A stretch of 64,000 nucleotides of DNA from the human T2T-CHM13v2.0 reference genome, Homo sapiens. The notes under the pieces are model-generated. The model was not told where the DNA came from, searched no databases, and saw nothing but the letters and a program-made list of their open reading frames with translations. Both the position numbers and the translations under genes were made by a program. The stretch lies in assembly GCF_009914755.1 (NCBI RefSeq), contig NC_060947.1; one strand, 5' to 3'. Shown here piece after piece: positions 60,100-64,000 of the stretch (within the stretch, counting starts at the first letter, position 1; each line of letters begins with the position of its first letter).

Positions 60100-60340
60100 G
60101 CAATGCAGGAGTGGTTAAGAGTGTGGACTATGGAATCATAATGTTCTGGGTTCAAAATCTAATTTTGAATGTTGTTAGTCATACACTGGATAAATTACCT
60201 AACCTTATCTGAAAATGGGAGTAATGGTTCTGAATTCTTATGACTGTCATGAGGATTAAATAAATTACTGAATCAAATGAAGGCACTTAGTGAAGTGCCT
60301 TCTTCATGGTAAGTACTCAGCAAATGTTAGTTGCTTCTAT
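60100..60340 (+). mobile_element. MIR SINE
   Basis: gtggttaagagtgtggactatggaatca...ctgggttcaaaatc...gtaagtactcagcaaatgttag. Confidence 0.85.
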
Positions 60341-60343
60341 CAA

Positions 60344-60459
60344 CATCACCGTCATCATCACCATCATCATCATCATCATCATCATCAAATGATCAGGTTT
60401 TTACATTGACCAAAATAGAGAAAATATTACCACACACACACACACACACGCACACACAC
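60344..60459. repeat. (CAT)n at 60344-60387 and (CA)n at 60431-60459
   Basis: Direct reading. Confidence 0.9.
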
Positions 60460-60532
60460 AAAGTAGAACCACAGTGAGTTTTTCCCCAAAATACATGTTA
60501 TAAAGTTTCTTAATATTAAATATTCTACAAGG

Positions 60533-60636
60533 CCCCCATGCCCTGCCAAGAAATCTTTCATCCTCACTACACTACTAAAAATACTCTAACCAAGATCACC
60601 AACCTCCTTGCTGTGACATTTAGGCAAAAATTTTTA
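60533..60636 (+). repeat. ~105-bp local direct duplication of 61496-61599
   Basis: Manual alignment: about 9 mismatches, no gaps, 43-bp exact core. Confidence 0.93.
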
Positions 60637-60869
60637 TTCTTCCATGCCAATCTCTCTTGGTAACATACATGTGCTTCTTCTGGGACTGTGTCATTTCCTC
60701 ACTCTCTCTTCCATACCTGTTTGTAACAAGTGGAACATACTCCACATTCAATACTTGTGTAGAAGTATTATCTGTCATGTTATAAAATAAGAGAAGGCAC
60801 AAAAAGGTAAGGAGGAGACATTAATGAGGCTGAAGAAGATGAATCCAAGAAGAGGTTTGTATACATCCT

Positions 60870-63370
60870 CAATTCCCAGGCTCCTGTCTTCCTCTGTCAC
60901 GTATCTTTGGCAAAACCCAAATTTGAGTTAAGTCCAACCCTTTGATGACTTCATGCCTGCTCCCAAGCAGCTTATTTTGGCTAGAAAAACACACAACCAT
61001 GCTGTCTGTTCTCATTTAAACTGAAGGCCTCATACCCCAAGTGTGGGCCATCGGTGCTGTCTGCCATCTATTCTCTTGGATAGTTATTTCATAATTTCCC
61101 TTTTTTAATTATCCTTCCCTCTTCCTTTGTCTCAACTGATGTCCAAGCTTCTGATTTCAGTGAGGAAATAGAAGCAATTAGAAAAGACATTCTACATCCT
61201 CCCACTACCACATTTACCCAGCATCTGTACAATACAGTCTCCCATCCTTTCTTAATTATTCAAAGACTTTGCCCCTGTAATTACTCCCTCTCATGTCTAT
61301 ACCACTGCATCATCCTCATCACATTACAATAACTCCCATCTTTAAAAAATATAAACCTATTCCTTGACTACGCATTCTCCCTCCTCCAGCCACCACCTTA
61401 TCCTTCCCTTCCACTTTAGAAAACAACTCTTTGAAAAAGTTGTCCATCCATGCTTACTGCTCCAATTCGTTTCCTCCCATTCTCTTTTGAAATGCCCCCC
61501 ACGCCCTGCCAAGCAATCTTTCATCCCCACTACACTACTAAAAATACTCTAACCAAGATCACCAACCTCCCTGTTGTGATATCTAGGAGAAAATTTTTAC
61601 CTTTATATTGTACAACTCTCTGCAGCATTCATAGAGTTGATTACTCCTTCACCCCTGAAATATTTTCTTGGTTTCTAGGATATCTCACTCTCTTAATTTT
61701 ATATCTATACCCATCAGCCACTCCTTCTCATCTCTATGTTGGCTTCTTCTTAACACCTGACCTTTTAATGTTAGAGTAACCCAAAACAGAATGCTCAGAC
61801 TTTATCACTTTTCCATCTACACTTCGTTATGATCTCATCCAGTCTCATATCTCTATGGATGGCTTCCAGATTTATATTCTCCATCCCAGTCTTTCCCTTG
61901 TACTCCAATCCTGTATATCCAATTACCTATTTGCCACCTGCATCTGCATTCTAATTTGCATCTCACTCTTTACTCATCTGAAACTGAAGTCTTGATTTTT
62001 TCCTGCAAACCCTCTCGCTTTGCAGTTTTCTCCAACTCAGTAAGTAACGCCACTGAGTGTGCTCAGACCAGAAACCTTGGAGCCATTCTTAATTCCTCTC
62101 TCTCTCTCTCTCTTATGTGTTGCACTAAATCCTTTCATCTCTATTTTCAAATGATGTAACTAATCTGACTACTTTTCATCACCTCTACTATGACTACACT
62201 ACTTCAAGACACCATCATCTTTTGCCTAGATTTCTATAATAATCTCCAAATTTGCTCCTAGGACACTACCCTTGCTCTGTGACTGACTGTTGTCCACACA
62301 ACAACTACAGTGATCATTTTCAAATTGAAGTCAGGTTACATCAATCTCCTGCTCAAAAGTTTCCAGTGGTTTCTTTCTGCCTTTGAAATAATACCCAGAT
62401 TGCTTCCCCCGATCTTTAAGGTCCTGTATGATCTGATCTCTGGTTATTCCTCTGACCTCATTCCCTACCACTCTACTCCATGCCTTCACACCGCACTCTA
62501 GCTGTGCTGATCTCTGTTTCTCTTCTAGCACAACAAGCACACTTCAGATTGACAGCCACTGCATTTAGCCTTTCCTCTGTCTAGAGTGCTGTTCCCTCAG
62601 ATATCCGCATGGCTGGCTCCACTTCTCTCAGTTCTCTCCTCAAATGTCCCCTCTTCAGAAAGGCCTTTCCTAACCATTCTATCTAAAGACCAACCATAAT
62701 TATCCCTTCTCTTTCCCCATCTGCAGTGAGTTTATTAATGCCTCCCTCCACCCAAACTTCATGTCCACGTAGAACATCAGAATGTGATCTTATTTAGAAA
62801 ACAGAGGGTCTTTTCAGAGGTAATCAAATTAAATGAGGTCATGCTGCATTAAAGTGGGCTCTATATCCAATGACTGGAGTCCTTGTAAGACGAGAGGAGG
62901 ACGTACAGGCACACACAGAGAAGCCCATGTGAAGACAGAGACAGGGATTAGAGTGATGCAGACAAAAGTGAAAAAACATAAAGGATTACCAGTAACTACC
63001 AGAATCTAGGAAAAGTCAAGAAAGGATTCCTGAGAGCTTTGAGAGGGAAGATGGCCCTAATGATGCCTTGATTTCAGATTTCTAATCTCCAGTACCATGA
63101 ACGAAAAAATTTCCATTATTTTAAGCCATCCAATTTGTGGTAATTTGTTATGGCCATCCTAGGAAATTACTACACCTGTTTCATTTTTCTTCATAGCATT
63201 ATGGCATTATGGCAATTACATGATAATATAATATAGGTCTATTTGTTTACTGTCTGTCTCCCTCACTAGAATATAAATGTTTGAGGATAATGCTGTATCA
63301 TGGAGATAAAAGCAGTGCTGGGCACTTATTAGGCACTCAATGAATGTCACCTGAGTGAATGAAAAAATGA
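60870..63370 (+). mobile_element. Long L2 fragment through to its 3' end, split by an MLT1 LTR
   Basis: aactctttgaaaaagttgtcc, ctctgcagcattcatagagttgattactcc (RT region), accagaaaccttggagccattctt, terminal gcactcaatgaatgtcacctgagtgaatgaa. Confidence 0.85.
62722..63175 (+). mobile_element. MLT1B/C solo LTR
   Basis: ttcatgtccacgtagaacatcagaatgtgatcttatttagaaa...ccatgtgaagacagagacagggattagagtgatgc...tttaagccatccaatttgtggtaatttgttatggccatcctaggaaa. Confidence 0.85.
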
Positions 63371-63961
63371 ACAAGGAAAGAAAAACATGAATTTCTCACT
63401 ATGTGTGAAATTCTGTTTTGCATGCTTATAGTGCTCGCTTTCTGTCTCCCTCCCTCTCTCTCTCCTCCCCCTCTTACCTTTTGGAGAGAAATCTAATGCC
63501 CCAGGAGTCTAGGTTCTTAAAAGTTGATGTTCCCTTTCCCTGCTTTCCCTTTCTTTTTCTCCTCCTCCTATTTCATTTTATTTTTCTCCCGTCTCATATT
63601 CATAACATCTCTGGTATGTACCATGTATGCTATCCAATTAACAAGCTATTATTACATCCATTATCTCATTTGACTCTTCATGTATCGTGCCCCAGTGCTC
63701 AGAAACTGGGCTTCCATGTGAGTGATGATGCCTTAGATAGAACCTGGTCTTGACTAAAGAGTGCCGATGAGTGAGGCCTTTCCAACAGAGAAGTGCCAGC
63801 CAGGAAATATGGGAAGTATGCTTGTCAAGCAAAGCTTGATTTAAGACCTGGATCCAATGACAGGAAAGCTTCTTGACTTCCTTCCTTTTTTGCCACTGAG
63901 TCTGAGATTATGCCAGAGAATGTGGTAACCCTCAAACACCTATAGAAAGTATCCCAGGGAG

Positions 63962-64000
63962 GGCCGGGCACAGTGGCTCACGCCTATAATCCCAGCACTT
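63962..64000 (+). mobile_element. Alu 5' end, running off the window
   Basis: ggccgggcacagtggctcacgcctataatcccagcactt. Confidence 0.95.

Overview
Human (hominin) genomic DNA: AT-rich, CpG-depleted and dominated by interspersed repeats, with two AluYb8 copies (a human-lineage subfamily). I can support no protein-coding exon, RNA gene or CpG-island promoter; the longer ORFs in the track are L1 or Hsmar2 remnants or chance frames. Main structures: (1) at 43.5-53.5 kb an ancient antisense L1M hosts a 5'-inverted L1PA7-like element, which hosts a 5'-inverted L1PA2 inserted inside sequence homologous to itself, and an AluYb8 sits 2 bp from the L1PA7 TSD on the opposite strand; (2) a full-length Hsmar2 mariner split by an L1PB1 that carries an AluY; (3) a two-LTR MST (MaLR) element; (4) two short non-tandem local duplications (~75 and ~105 bp); (5) a degraded region at 19.8-22.9 kb with Gypsy-type RNase H-like motifs followed by weak env-TM-like motifs, which is the most speculative and potentially most novel signal. 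Subfamily names come from recalled consensus motifs and boundaries of old repeats are approximate; both need RepeatMasker/Dfam confirmation.
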